Of a stretch of 32,000 nt of DNA, positions 1 to 9,082 are shown one piece after another. Each line of letters opens with the position of its first letter. Within the stretch, counting starts at the first letter, position 1. A program made the position numbers and the translations under genes. Source of the DNA: Dysgonomonas gadei ATCC BAA-286 (GTDB lineage: Bacteria; Bacteroidota; Bacteroidia; Bacteroidales; Dysgonomonadaceae). The stretch is taken from NCBI RefSeq assembly GCF_000213555.1, contig NZ_GL891983.1, positions 23,257 through 55,256 on the forward strand, given 5' to 3'. Under the pieces are notes generated by a model. That model was given only the letters and a program-made list of their open reading frames with translations. It was not told the origin of the DNA and searched no databases.

Positions 1-96
1 GCCACACAGGCTATCTTTTCTAAATCGAACCTATTATTTGGTCTATGACTCTTAATATGTTATTTTTGTATTACAAAACTTTTATGTGCTGATGAA

Positions 97-1047
97 ATGA
101 GTGCAAAGAAAAAAATATATGCTATAATCAACCCGAAATCGGGAACGTCATCGAAGCAAAACCTTCCACACAAAATCGCGGAAACATTTGATGCGCACAG
201 GTTTGATGTCCATATATTTATTACTGGTTATGCCGGACATGGATCTGAAATAGCCAGGCAAGCTATCAAAGATAAGGTAGACTACGTGATTGCAGTCGGA
301 GGCGACGGCACAGTAAACGAAGTTGCCCGCACATTGGTCAACTCCCAGACAGCACTAGGCATCATCCCACTGGGTTCGGGAAATGGACTGGCACGTGACC
401 TGAATATTTCTACTGACGCAAAGAAAGCGATGGGTATTATTCTGGACGAAAATATAATATCCATTGACTACGGGATGGTTAATGACCGTATATTTTTCTG
501 TACCTGCGGTGTAGGATTTGATGCAGAAGTAGCGGCTATGTCGTCGGGCAAAAAAAGCAGAGGTTCATTTATGTATATTAAAAATATGCTGGAAACCTTT
601 ATCAGACAAAAGCCTGAAACTTATGAAATAATATGCCCGGAAGGCACAATAAAAGATAAGGCGTTTGTTGTAACTTGTGCTAATGCGTCGCAATATGGAT
701 ACAATGCACATATTGCACCTCATGCCGACATACAGGATGGTATGATGAATATTGCAATACTAAAACCCCTCTCTATATTAGAAGTCCCTCAAACATCCCT
801 TCAACTCTTCACAAAGAAGATAGATGAGAATAACAAGATGATTGAACTAATCACCAATGAAGTCACTATAAAGAGAGAACAAGAGGGAATGATGCACATA
901 GACGGTGACCCTGTAGAAATGGGAAAAGAGATACATGTAAAAATAATACCACAAGGATTGAAAGTACTGGTGCCTGCAAATCCACAAAAAAAACATCCAT
1001 TAGATCCACAGGAAGTACTCATGCGAATAGCTGATACCTTTTTCTGA
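97..1047 (+). CDS. Diacylglycerol/lipid kinase family protein (YegS/BmrU-like)
   Basis: 316-aa ORF with ATG start. It carries GGDGTVNEV and GSGNGLA motifs typical of the DAGK catalytic domain of the lipid kinase family. Confidence 0.85.
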   Translation: MSAKKKIYAIINPKSGTSSKQNLPHKIAETFDAHRFDVHIFITGYAGHGSEIARQAIKDKVDYVIAVGGDGTVNEVARTLVNSQTALGIIPLGSGNGLARDLNISTDAKKAMGIILDENIISIDYGMVNDRIFFCTCGVGFDAEVAAMSSGKKSRGSFMYIKNMLETFIRQKPETYEIICPEGTIKDKAFVVTCANASQYGYNAHIAPHADIQDGMMNIAILKPLSILEVPQTSLQLFTKKIDENNKMIELITNEVTIKREQEGMMHIDGDPVEMGKEIHVKIIPQGLKVLVPANPQKKHPLDPQEVLMRIADTFF

Positions 1048-1059
1048 AAACCGGGATTA

Positions 1060-3621
1060 TTAAAAGTTCAGTTCAAACGACACTCTGAAACCATCTTTAT
1101 CCACATTCGGATGGTCGAGATAATTTATTCTGCGTACATAATCGATACGGAATAGCTTAAAGATATTCTCTATTCCTATGTTATATTCCATGTATGGACC
1201 TCTATTGGTAGTATATGTATCTTGAGGAAATATGAGCAGATTTTTATTATGTTCCGGATTGTTTTTATTACTCAGCGAGCCAATAAAACCACGGAATCCA
1301 AATACTTCCCTCCATTTCAATACCTTAAGGAAAGGAACTCTGTTGAGAAACCAGCCCCCCATATGATAATATATTTCCCATGAAGCCTGTGCATCGTGCA
1401 TAAACTCGAGGGGTTCTATTAAATAGTAGTTGCCCCGCTGTATAGTATATGAGTTGTTGGCACTGGGAGTTATAAGAAACGGAAAAGGCGTTTCGCCCCA
1501 TATTTTTTCAGCTTGCGCCGACAGGTAAATTTTGCCATACGGTGCAACCCAAAACTGCTTGGATATAGCCAGTGATGTCTTGTTATAATGGTATTGGCCT
1601 CCAAATATATTTTCGAGAGCCATCGTATGTGTCAGGTTTGTTACAAGCCGTGGGGAAGGGATGGAATGCCTCTTCCTACGTTGTTGAAAAAACTTTTCGT
1701 TCGGAGCATAGCGCAGTGCCAGCATAGCTTCGGTGGTCTTTACCCTGTCCACCTTGTATATATTACCATTTTCGCCCATTTTTTCAAATACGATATTGGC
1801 CGCAGGACGCTCGTCAAATGTCTGACCGGTAAGTTTGAATGAGAATCCTCCATAAAACTCTTTATCCCAAGCTATCTGAGTCTGGCGGTTATATGTCATT
1901 TTAGAGTTTCCTGACGCCTGTATAGACATCAGTATATTATCCCGTTCGGCCTGTGTATAACGTTGTCCGAGCGTATTTAGATCATACTTATAGGCAACTA
2001 TCAGGTTATTCTTCGGATACTCATCCTTATGTTTCTCTATCTTATTGAAAGCCCATGTAGCCTCACCATAATATTTAAATTTCTCGTCCCGGGTTCCATA
2101 AGCTCCATAGCCATAGAAGAAAAGATGTTGATGGAGATTCTTTGTTGTAGACAGTGTCATACGAAAACGATTACCTTCCGTTTTATTGAAACTATAGAAT
2201 GTTGGAATAGTCCCTATCTCCAGCTTATTTGTCTCTGGGTCTTTCGATGTAGGGAAATACCCGGTAGACAGAACATCACCTGTCCTCAATAAAAGACGGA
2301 ACAGAAATACCTTATTTACATCTTCCAGCATTTCATCCATGCGGTAGTCTTTTTTATGTTCAGCCGGCCGGTTATCTGCCCAGAAATTCTTATCTCTTTT
2401 CAAATAATCTTTTTCAAATACCTCCGGAGCACTGAGAACAAAAACCGGTTCCATAGGCCGGTTTTCAACAAAATCCACATATGTACGGGTTTTATCTATA
2501 TAGAATTTAATAAGATCAGCCATCGTCACATCAATGGCCATTCGCTCTTCCATCGGAATCCATTTGTTATCTGCCGATTTCTTAAAGTCATGCTGAATAA
2601 TAAGCTCCTGAACAAAGTTTATATTCATTTTCTTAGGAGTCCTTATCACAGCTCTCTTTACAGCATACATACTATCGAGAGAGATATACAGATTACCGGT
2701 AAAGCCAATGTCGCGGGAGTTGAAAGGGGCAAAATCGAGCTTCACATAGCGGTCTTTATCAATTGTCACCGTATCCGAAAGGTACCATCTGTAAAAATTA
2801 ACGGCACTATGTTCGCTCAATGGACTCACAAAGGGCTGCAGTAGTAAATTAATCGAATTATCATATATAGATATATCTTTAAAGACTTCCTTTATTATAG
2901 CATCAAGCCCTTCTGTATCGAAAGTCTTATCCAGTCCTTCGATATGATAGCCTTTTACAATACGTTTGGCCGAATTATTTTCTTTTTTATAAAATACATC
3001 AGATATTCTTTCCCTGATAGAGAAAGGCAATATGATTTTATTATCAATCATTGATGTGTCCGCATAATTGGGCAGAAACTTATATTTTTTCAATAAAGGC
3101 ATATCCGGATGATACTCATTCAGTGCAAAAAATATCCGTTCATATTCCTTATACTGGTAATAGTTGAGATCTGTTATATTATTCTCATCTTTGTGAGCGA
3201 TCACTTTCTTTATCAGTTCGACAGCAGGATTATTCTTCTTGGAGTACTTCTCCTTCTGCGGACGAACAATAACTTCTTTTAATAATTTGTCCTCGGGTTC
3301 AAGATTTATTTCTATTGTGGTAGTTCTTCCAACAGGGATAGTGATGGTCTCGGACTTATACCCCAAAAGGGAAGCAGTAACAGATGTATTATTCCCTCGG
3401 TTGCTCAATCTGAATTCACCCTCTTCATCCGAAAATGTGCCGATAGTCGTCTTATCGAAAACGACGGTTACAAACGGTAGCTTCTCCTTTGTTACAGCAT
3501 CTCTGACAGTACCTCTTACAATCGTGAGTGACTGGGCGCATACAGTACCACAAATGATAAGAAAGAAAGACAACAGGAGTATCATCTTCCTTCTGATAAT
3601 ATATTGTGGTATTTCACTCAT
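1060..3621 (-). CDS. DUF5686 / carboxypeptidase-regulatory-like domain protein (Bacteroidota envelope protein)
   Basis: 853-aa ORF. It has an N-terminal hydrophobic signal (ILLLSFFLIICGTVCAQS) followed by a CarboxypepD_reg-like beta segment (VRGTVRDAVTKEKLPFVTVVF..GEFRL). Size and layout match the DUF5686 family. An internal Met at 3585 is an alternative start. Confidence 0.7.
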   Translation of the reverse strand: MSEIPQYIIRRKMILLLSFFLIICGTVCAQSLTIVRGTVRDAVTKEKLPFVTVVFDKTTIGTFSDEEGEFRLSNRGNNTSVTASLLGYKSETITIPVGRTTTIEINLEPEDKLLKEVIVRPQKEKYSKKNNPAVELIKKVIAHKDENNITDLNYYQYKEYERIFFALNEYHPDMPLLKKYKFLPNYADTSMIDNKIILPFSIRERISDVFYKKENNSAKRIVKGYHIEGLDKTFDTEGLDAIIKEVFKDISIYDNSINLLLQPFVSPLSEHSAVNFYRWYLSDTVTIDKDRYVKLDFAPFNSRDIGFTGNLYISLDSMYAVKRAVIRTPKKMNINFVQELIIQHDFKKSADNKWIPMEERMAIDVTMADLIKFYIDKTRTYVDFVENRPMEPVFVLSAPEVFEKDYLKRDKNFWADNRPAEHKKDYRMDEMLEDVNKVFLFRLLLRTGDVLSTGYFPTSKDPETNKLEIGTIPTFYSFNKTEGNRFRMTLSTTKNLHQHLFFYGYGAYGTRDEKFKYYGEATWAFNKIEKHKDEYPKNNLIVAYKYDLNTLGQRYTQAERDNILMSIQASGNSKMTYNRQTQIAWDKEFYGGFSFKLTGQTFDERPAANIVFEKMGENGNIYKVDRVKTTEAMLALRYAPNEKFFQQRRKRHSIPSPRLVTNLTHTMALENIFGGQYHYNKTSLAISKQFWVAPYGKIYLSAQAEKIWGETPFPFLITPSANNSYTIQRGNYYLIEPLEFMHDAQASWEIYYHMGGWFLNRVPFLKVLKWREVFGFRGFIGSLSNKNNPEHNKNLLIFPQDTYTTNRGPYMEYNIGIENIFKLFRIDYVRRINYLDHPNVDKDGFRVSFELNF

Positions 3622-3800
3622 TCAGTTAAAACGTTTTTTCCTTTTTTTTGTTTTTAGATTCTCATCTATATTCAATCTTCATCTCCTCCACTACTATCAG
3701 TTTCCCTGTAGCATTTCTTAGAGACTGTTCCGAAACGACCGCTTATTTCCTTGTTTGATAAAGGTTTCCTCATTTCGTTTATATAGAAGTTATAAAGAAC

Positions 3801-3830
3801 CAAGAGCAAATGTAATTAAATCTGCTCTTG
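3801..3830 (-). terminator. Candidate intrinsic terminator downstream of ettA
   Basis: Perfect 8-bp inverted repeat caagagca/tgctcttg (3801-3808 and 3823-3830) with a 14-nt loop. On the minus strand it is followed by GUUCUUUAUA. It lies 56 nt past the ettA stop. Confidence 0.45.
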
Positions 3831-3885
3831 ATTCTAGTATATTAGATGTATGCAACATACATTTAGTTGCAGTTGTTATGATTTT

Positions 3886-5574
3886 TTAATTAATCAGTTT
3901 GCGGTAACGAATACGTTTCGGCTCCACATTACCCATACGTGCCTTTTTGTTCTCTTCATATTCACTGTAACTTCCTTCAAAAAAGAATACTTCCGAATTG
4001 CCTTCAAAAGCCAGAATATGTGTACAGATACGGTCGAGGAACCAACGGTCATGCGATATCACAACAGCGCATCCTGCAAAGTTTTCCAAACCTTCTTCCA
4101 ATGCACGCAATGTATTTACATCGATATCATTGGTAGGCTCATCGAGAAGCAATACATTGGCTTCCGACTTCAGCGTCAATGCCAGATGCAAGCGGTTACG
4201 CTCCCCTCCGGAAAGCACACCGGTAAGTTTTTCCTGGTCTCCTCCCGAGAAGTTGAAACGTGATAAGTAAGCACGGGCATTAATATCTTTTCCTCCTACA
4301 CGCACAAACTCGCTTCCTCCCGAAATAACCTGATAAACACTTTTATTCGGATCGATCTCGGCATGCGACTGATCTACATATCCTATTTTCACGGTCTCTC
4401 CCACTTCAAATGTCCCTTTATCTGCTCTCTCCAAGCCCTGAATCAAGCGGAATAAGGTAGTTTTACCGGCTCCATTTGGCCCGATAATGCCGACAATACC
4501 CGATGGAGGCAACATAAATTCAAGATTGTCGAATAAGAGCTTATCTCCAAAAGCCTTTGTTACTCCATGTGCCTCTATTACCTTATTACCGAGGCGCGGG
4601 CCGTTAGGAATAAATATTTCCAGTTTTTCTTCCCGTTCTTTCTGGTCGGCATTAAGCATCTTCTCATAGTCATTCAGGCGGGCTTTACCTTTTGCATGAC
4701 GGGCTTTAGGAGCCATTCGCACCCACTCCAACTCCCGTTCGAGGGTTTTGCGGCGCTTACTGGCCTGCTTTTCTTCCTGCTCCATACGCTTGGTTTTCTG
4801 CTCAAGCCATGATGTATAGTTTCCTTTCCATGGAATACCTTCTCCTCTGTCAAGTTCAAGAATCCATCCGGCAACATGGTCAAGGAAGTAGCGGTCGTGG
4901 GTGATACAGATTACAGTACCTTTATACTGTTGGAGATGTTGTTCCAACCAATCGATAGACTCCGCATCCAAGTGGTTGGTAGGCTCATCGAGAAGCAATA
5001 CATCCGGTTCCTGAAGCAACAAACGGCAAAGTGCTACACGGCGGGCTTCCCCTCCCGACAGGTTTGCAGTTAATTGATCTTCGGGCGGACAACGAAGCGC
5101 GTCCATCGCACGCTCGAGTTTATTGTCTATATTCCATGCATCAGTTGCATCTATCTTATCCTGCAATACTGCCTGACGGGCAAACAGAGCATCCATTTTG
5201 TCAGCATCTTCGTAATATTCAGGCAATCCGAATTTTTCGTTAATGCCTTCATATTCTTTCAGCAAGTCCATGATAGGCTGTACGCCTTCCTGTACTATTT
5301 CCTTCACGGTTTTGGTAGGATCGAGTTTCGGGTCCTGTTCAAGATATCCTACCGAAAAGCCTTTGTCCGATACTATTTCGCCCTGATATTCCTTATCTAT
5401 TCCGGCTATAATCTTTAACAGTGTGGATTTACCCGAACCGTTGAGACCGATAATACCTATCTTGGCTCCATAGAAGAATGACAGGTAAATATTCTTTAAT
5501 ACTTGTTTTTGTGGCGGGTATAATTTACCAACGCCCATCATTGAAAAAATAATCTTTTTATCGTCTACTGACAT
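3886..5574 (-). CDS. ettA: Energy-dependent translational throttle protein EttA (ABC-F ATPase)
   Basis: 562-aa ORF with two ABC cassettes (GLNGSGKSTLL, GPNGAGKTTLF, two LSGGE signatures, LLLDEPTNHLD/LLLDEPTNDID). It is collinear with E. coli EttA as I remember that sequence, for example ITHDRYFLD..WILELDRGEGIPW.GNY..WLEQK. Confidence 0.95.
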   Translation of the reverse strand: MSVDDKKIIFSMMGVGKLYPPQKQVLKNIYLSFFYGAKIGIIGLNGSGKSTLLKIIAGIDKEYQGEIVSDKGFSVGYLEQDPKLDPTKTVKEIVQEGVQPIMDLLKEYEGINEKFGLPEYYEDADKMDALFARQAVLQDKIDATDAWNIDNKLERAMDALRCPPEDQLTANLSGGEARRVALCRLLLQEPDVLLLDEPTNHLDAESIDWLEQHLQQYKGTVICITHDRYFLDHVAGWILELDRGEGIPWKGNYTSWLEQKTKRMEQEEKQASKRRKTLERELEWVRMAPKARHAKGKARLNDYEKMLNADQKEREEKLEIFIPNGPRLGNKVIEAHGVTKAFGDKLLFDNLEFMLPPSGIVGIIGPNGAGKTTLFRLIQGLERADKGTFEVGETVKIGYVDQSHAEIDPNKSVYQVISGGSEFVRVGGKDINARAYLSRFNFSGGDQEKLTGVLSGGERNRLHLALTLKSEANVLLLDEPTNDIDVNTLRALEEGLENFAGCAVVISHDRWFLDRICTHILAFEGNSEVFFFEGSYSEYEENKKARMGNVEPKRIRYRKLIN

Positions 5575-5662
5575 GATTTTATATATAAATTTTTATTTTC
5601 TATACTTCCAAACCGTTCTCACTCCCAGCAAGAACTTTTTGATCCTTATTGCTTACTCCTGT

Positions 5663-6060
5663 AAAAGGTAACAGATATATCAATTAACAGTCAACAGTCA
5701 TTAACCCGTAACTATTAAAAAGGTAACAAAGGTAACAGTCTTTTGCCCTTGTGCTCTTTGTGATTTCCTTCGTGTACTTAGTGGTTAAATCTCTTTTACC
5801 ACAAGGGGCACAAAGAGTTACACAAAGAACACTATATAAAAAGTAACAAAGGTAACACATATACCAGTTATCAGTGAACAGTCATCAGTTAGCAACTTGT
5901 ATCTCGTGTCTCATAACTTTCAACTTATTACTCATTACTTAAAACTTACTACTTGTTAAAAGGTAACACTTTTACACGTTTTTTAATCTTGTTACTTTTT
6001 CTCTATATAACACGCTTGCTATATATACTATATAGATAAAATTATTGAAATAAAGTAACA
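5663..6060. repeat. Cluster of AAA(G/A)GTAACA decamer repeats plus a 40-nt direct repeat in a non-coding region
   Basis: AAAAGGTAACA-type words occur at 5663-5673, 5717-5738 (tandem pair), 5838-5858 (tandem pair), 5958-5968, 5990-6000 (inverted) and 6052-6060. A direct repeat of about 40 nt, aaaggtaaca[g/c]atata[t/c]ca[a/g]tta[a/t]cagt[c/g]aacagtcat, occurs at 5664-5703 and 5849-5888. Confidence 0.7.
5745..5833. repeat. Long imperfect palindrome (hairpin-forming element) built from CTTNGTG/CACNAAG heptamers
   Basis: Left arm 5751-5787 (gtgctctttgtgatttccttcgtgtacttagtggtta) and right arm 5797-5832 (taccacaaggggcacaaagagttacacaaagaacac) match at about 25 of 35 positions by hand alignment. The outer block pairs at 11 of 12 positions and the apex block gtggt/accac pairs at 5 of 5. 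The element is flanked by near-identical 20-21-nt direct repeats at 5717-5738 and 5838-5858. Confidence 0.7.
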
Positions 6061-6095
6061 TCAAATCTAGATAACGGATTTGTATAACTGTACAC

Positions 6096-7751
6096 TTACT
6101 TCTGATACAAAAACCGCTTTATACTCCTCTTCGGCGTCTTTTCGAATTCCTGATCCTGCAATCTGAAATTCACTACCTGGCTATATCCCGGCAAGCGTTT
6201 GTTTATTGCTTTCAATTCAGCCACAAAAATAGCAGAATAATCCTCTTCTTTCACATCATGCGCCTTCAAATAATCTTTATCAGGATAAATAAGAGCAATC
6301 AGTTTGCCGCTTTCCTCAATTATAAGTGATTCGGCAACATAAGGAGAATTATTGAAATAATCCTCTATCTCTTCGGGATAGATATTCTGCCCCGATCCAC
6401 TGAGTATCATTGTTTTACTACGGCCACGAATAAACAGGAATCCATCACGGTCCATCACACCCAAATCTCCGGTGCGCAACCATCCGGAACTATCCAGAAC
6501 TTGTTTTGTTGCTTCTTCATTTTTAAAATAACCAAGCATCACATTCTGTCCTTTCACTATTATTTCCCCGGCTTCGGTTTCCATATTAGATGATTCTATC
6601 CGCACATTCATACGGTCGACAGGGCGGCCACACGATCCTTGCTTATATGTTTCCCAATATTCATAGGAAATAAGCGGCCCGCATTCTGTCATTCCATAAC
6701 CTACTGTGTAAGGGAACCTTATATCCGTGAGGAAAGCGCCGACTTCTTTGTTCAATGCAGCCCCACCAATAACTACCTCAACCAGCTTATTGCCAAAAAC
6801 AGGTACAAGCTTTTCCGCAATCTTCTTATATACTTTTTTCCTGATGAAAGGGATTTTAATCAGTGTCTTGACCGGCTGCTTCTTCAATTGAGGAAAAACA
6901 CGGGTCTGTATTATCTTTTCTATAATAAGCGGAACAGCCAGCACCAGCGTAGGGTTCACTTTCGAAAAGGCGTCCAGAATTATCTGAGGCGAAGGCACAC
7001 GGGTCAGGTAATGGATATGGCAGCCTTTAGCAATGGAAAGCAATACCTCGAAGGCCAGCCCGTACATATGCGCCATAGGCAGCATACACACTATGCCGTC
7101 ACCCGCCTTCACAAATTCGATACTATCTATCGCGAAACGGGTATTAGACCATAAACTACGATATGGGATCATTACTCCCTTCGGATTACTGGTAGTTCCT
7201 GATGTATAATTAAGTACAGCCAGTTCATCCGGAGACTCATCATAAAAGATGACATCTTCCTGTGAGAATCCTTTCGGATATTTAACATTGAATGTCTGCT
7301 CCAAGTGAGAACATGATTCCAAAAATTTAGCCGAGCGTGATTTCTGCGCCGAAAAGTCATCTATGAGCAAAATAGCTTCCACGGTCGGCATTTGTACAGG
7401 ATCTATTTTAGACCATACATATTCATCTGCAAACAGGACTTTCGCTTCGGAATGATTTACTAGTGTATGAATATTTTCTCCGCTAAAATCGTGCAGAATG
7501 GTAGTTATAACAGCGCCATAAGTAAGTGACCCGAAAAAGGCGACAGCCCAGTTAGCCGAATTCTTGCCGCAAATAGCGATTTTATCTCCTTTCTGAACTT
7601 CAAGATCATCGAACAAGATATGTAATTGTGCTATTTTTTTTGCAAAATCCTTATATAGGTATGTTTCTCCGTTATAATCGGTCAATGCGGGACGTTCCCA
7701 GTTATTAACTATTCCCTCCCGGATGAGTGTTAAAAATTTATTATTTTCCAT
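6096..7751 (-). CDS. AMP-dependent synthetase / long-chain fatty acid-CoA ligase
   Basis: 551-aa ORF with the adenylate-forming enzyme motifs YTSGTTSNPKGV (AMP-binding signature), GYGMTE and TGDLG..D.DGFLFI.GR.K. Confidence 0.85.
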   Translation of the reverse strand: MENNKFLTLIREGIVNNWERPALTDYNGETYLYKDFAKKIAQLHILFDDLEVQKGDKIAICGKNSANWAVAFFGSLTYGAVITTILHDFSGENIHTLVNHSEAKVLFADEYVWSKIDPVQMPTVEAILLIDDFSAQKSRSAKFLESCSHLEQTFNVKYPKGFSQEDVIFYDESPDELAVLNYTSGTTSNPKGVMIPYRSLWSNTRFAIDSIEFVKAGDGIVCMLPMAHMYGLAFEVLLSIAKGCHIHYLTRVPSPQIILDAFSKVNPTLVLAVPLIIEKIIQTRVFPQLKKQPVKTLIKIPFIRKKVYKKIAEKLVPVFGNKLVEVVIGGAALNKEVGAFLTDIRFPYTVGYGMTECGPLISYEYWETYKQGSCGRPVDRMNVRIESSNMETEAGEIIVKGQNVMLGYFKNEEATKQVLDSSGWLRTGDLGVMDRDGFLFIRGRSKTMILSGSGQNIYPEEIEDYFNNSPYVAESLIIEESGKLIALIYPDKDYLKAHDVKEEDYSAIFVAELKAINKRLPGYSQVVNFRLQDQEFEKTPKRSIKRFLYQK

Positions 7752-7776
7752 ATAATCATTCTATAGGTGATATATG

Positions 7777-7784
7777 CAAATGTA
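7777..7784 (-). promoter_or_regulatory. Candidate Bacteroidota -7 promoter box for the acyl-CoA ligase gene
   Basis: The minus strand reads TACATTTG, which matches the Bacteroides sigma-A -7 consensus TAnnTTTG. It lies 26 nt upstream of the ATG at 7751. No well-spaced -33 TTTG was seen. Confidence 0.35.
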
Positions 7785-7950
7785 AACAAATTCTTAGATT
7801 TTATGCCATATAAGCATTGCAAATATCATAATTGTAACAGTAATGCTAACAAGCATCATCTCAAACAGGTACTTTGCTATAATCATCGAAATACGGAAAA
7901 CATTCTTCGATAAATCGTATCTGATACCTGTTGCAATAAACTATGAACAT

Positions 7951-7983
7951 ATATAAATAAAGGGTGAATAAAATCCACCCTTT
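7951..7983 (-). terminator. Intrinsic terminator ending the phe operon
   Basis: 8-bp stem aaagggtg/cacccttt (7959-7966 and 7976-7983) with a 9-nt loop. On the minus strand it is followed by UUAUUUAUAU. It lies about 25 nt downstream of the stop at 8008. Confidence 0.65.
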
Positions 7984-8007
7984 ATTTTATCACTGATAAA
8001 CAGATAT

Positions 8008-9069
8008 TTATTTATTCAGAATATCTATTTGCTGTCTTACCGACTCTTCGTGGATCGCTTCCAGAACCACACGCATAAATTCGGGATTCATACCCATACC
8101 TTCAGCCTGAGAAATACGCTTGCTTAGTATTTCATCATAGCGGTCGGTCTGCACGATAGTCATATTATGTTCCTTCTTGAAAGTACCTATCTCGCAAGAA
8201 ATACGCATACGTTTAGCCAATAGTTCAAGTAACTGGTCGTCTATTTCGTCTATCTGTCTGCGCAATACCGACAAGTCTTCCGTCGACTGCTTACCATCAC
8301 GGATAACCAAAACCGAGAGAATCTCTTTCAATCTCGATGGTGTTACCTGTTGCGAAGCATCGCTCCATGCATTATCAGGATCGCAATGTGTTTCAATAAT
8401 CAACCCTTCGAAATTCAGGTCCATAGCCTGTTGCGAAAGAGGTTGTATCAGATCGCGCTTACCTCCGATATGGCTTGGGTCGCAGATGATAGGCAAATCA
8501 GGGTAACGGCGTTTCAGTTCGATAGGGATATGCCATTGGGGAAGATTACGGTAGATCTTTTTATCATACGAACTGAATCCACGATGGATCGCACCCAGTT
8601 TAGTCAACCCTACATTGCTAAGGCGTTCGAGCGCCCCTATCCATAATTCCAAATCGGGATTCACAGGATTCTTTACCAGTACAGGTATATCCACACCTTG
8701 CAAAGCTTCTGCAATTTCCTGTACGGCAAATGGGTTAGCCGTGGTGCGGGCTCCTATCCAGAGCATATCTATGCCGTACTTCAATGCTTCATATACATGC
8801 TTCTGTGTAGCAACTTCAGTTGAGACATACATTCCTGTTTCCTGCTTCACTTTTTTCAACCATGCAAGACCTTCACTGCCTACACCTTCAAACCCTCCGG
8901 GTTTTGTACGTGGTTTCCAGATACCGGCACGCATAATTTTTATACCATCAGCTGCCAGTTGACGGGCTGTATTTAATGTTTGCTCCTCTGTTTCGGCACT
9001 ACACGGGCCAGCGATTACCAAAGGACGTTCCGGGTCGACGCCCGGCAATAAGATTGATTCTAATTCCAT
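8008..9069 (-). CDS. Bifunctional 3-deoxy-7-phosphoheptulonate (DAHP) synthase / chorismate mutase type II
   Basis: 353-aa ORF. The N-terminal roughly 260 aa are a KDO8PS-like class I-beta DAHP synthase (IAGPCSAE, KPRT.P..F.G, DPSH). The C-terminal roughly 90 aa are AroQ chorismate mutase (LR.QID.ID.QLLELLAKRM.IS.EIG..K). Confidence 0.9.
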   Translation of the reverse strand: MELESILLPGVDPERPLVIAGPCSAETEEQTLNTARQLAADGIKIMRAGIWKPRTKPGGFEGVGSEGLAWLKKVKQETGMYVSTEVATQKHVYEALKYGIDMLWIGARTTANPFAVQEIAEALQGVDIPVLVKNPVNPDLELWIGALERLSNVGLTKLGAIHRGFSSYDKKIYRNLPQWHIPIELKRRYPDLPIICDPSHIGGKRDLIQPLSQQAMDLNFEGLIIETHCDPDNAWSDASQQVTPSRLKEILSVLVIRDGKQSTEDLSVLRRQIDEIDDQLLELLAKRMRISCEIGTFKKEHNMTIVQTDRYDEILSKRISQAEGMGMNPEFMRVVLEAIHEESVRQQIDILNK

Positions 9070-9082
9070 TTTATCTGAGTTT

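Noticed and set aside
1047-1060. Convergent gene ends separated by only 12 nt here and by 6 nt at 14779-14786, with no terminator hairpin
   Set aside because: I noted this as a possible site of transcriptional interference. No structure or motif is present, and such tight convergent ends are common, so it is not reported as a finding.
2356-2844. Antisense ORFs of 60-171 aa inside long genes. This 162-aa ORF is one example; others are 3239-3721, 3850-4263, 5074-5418, 6639-7154, 8177-8962, 18069-19090, 29330-29834 and 29841-30347.
   Set aside because: All overlap, on the opposite strand, ORFs with clear family motifs (DUF5686, EttA, acyl-CoA ligase, DAHP synthase, MutS-like, DUF362). None has a recognisable domain.
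5663-6060. Possible CRISPR array, suggested by the repeated GGTAACA-containing words
   Set aside because: The repeat units are only about 10 nt, irregularly spaced and present in both orientations. There are no 25-40-nt repeats with uniform spacers and no cas genes in the window.
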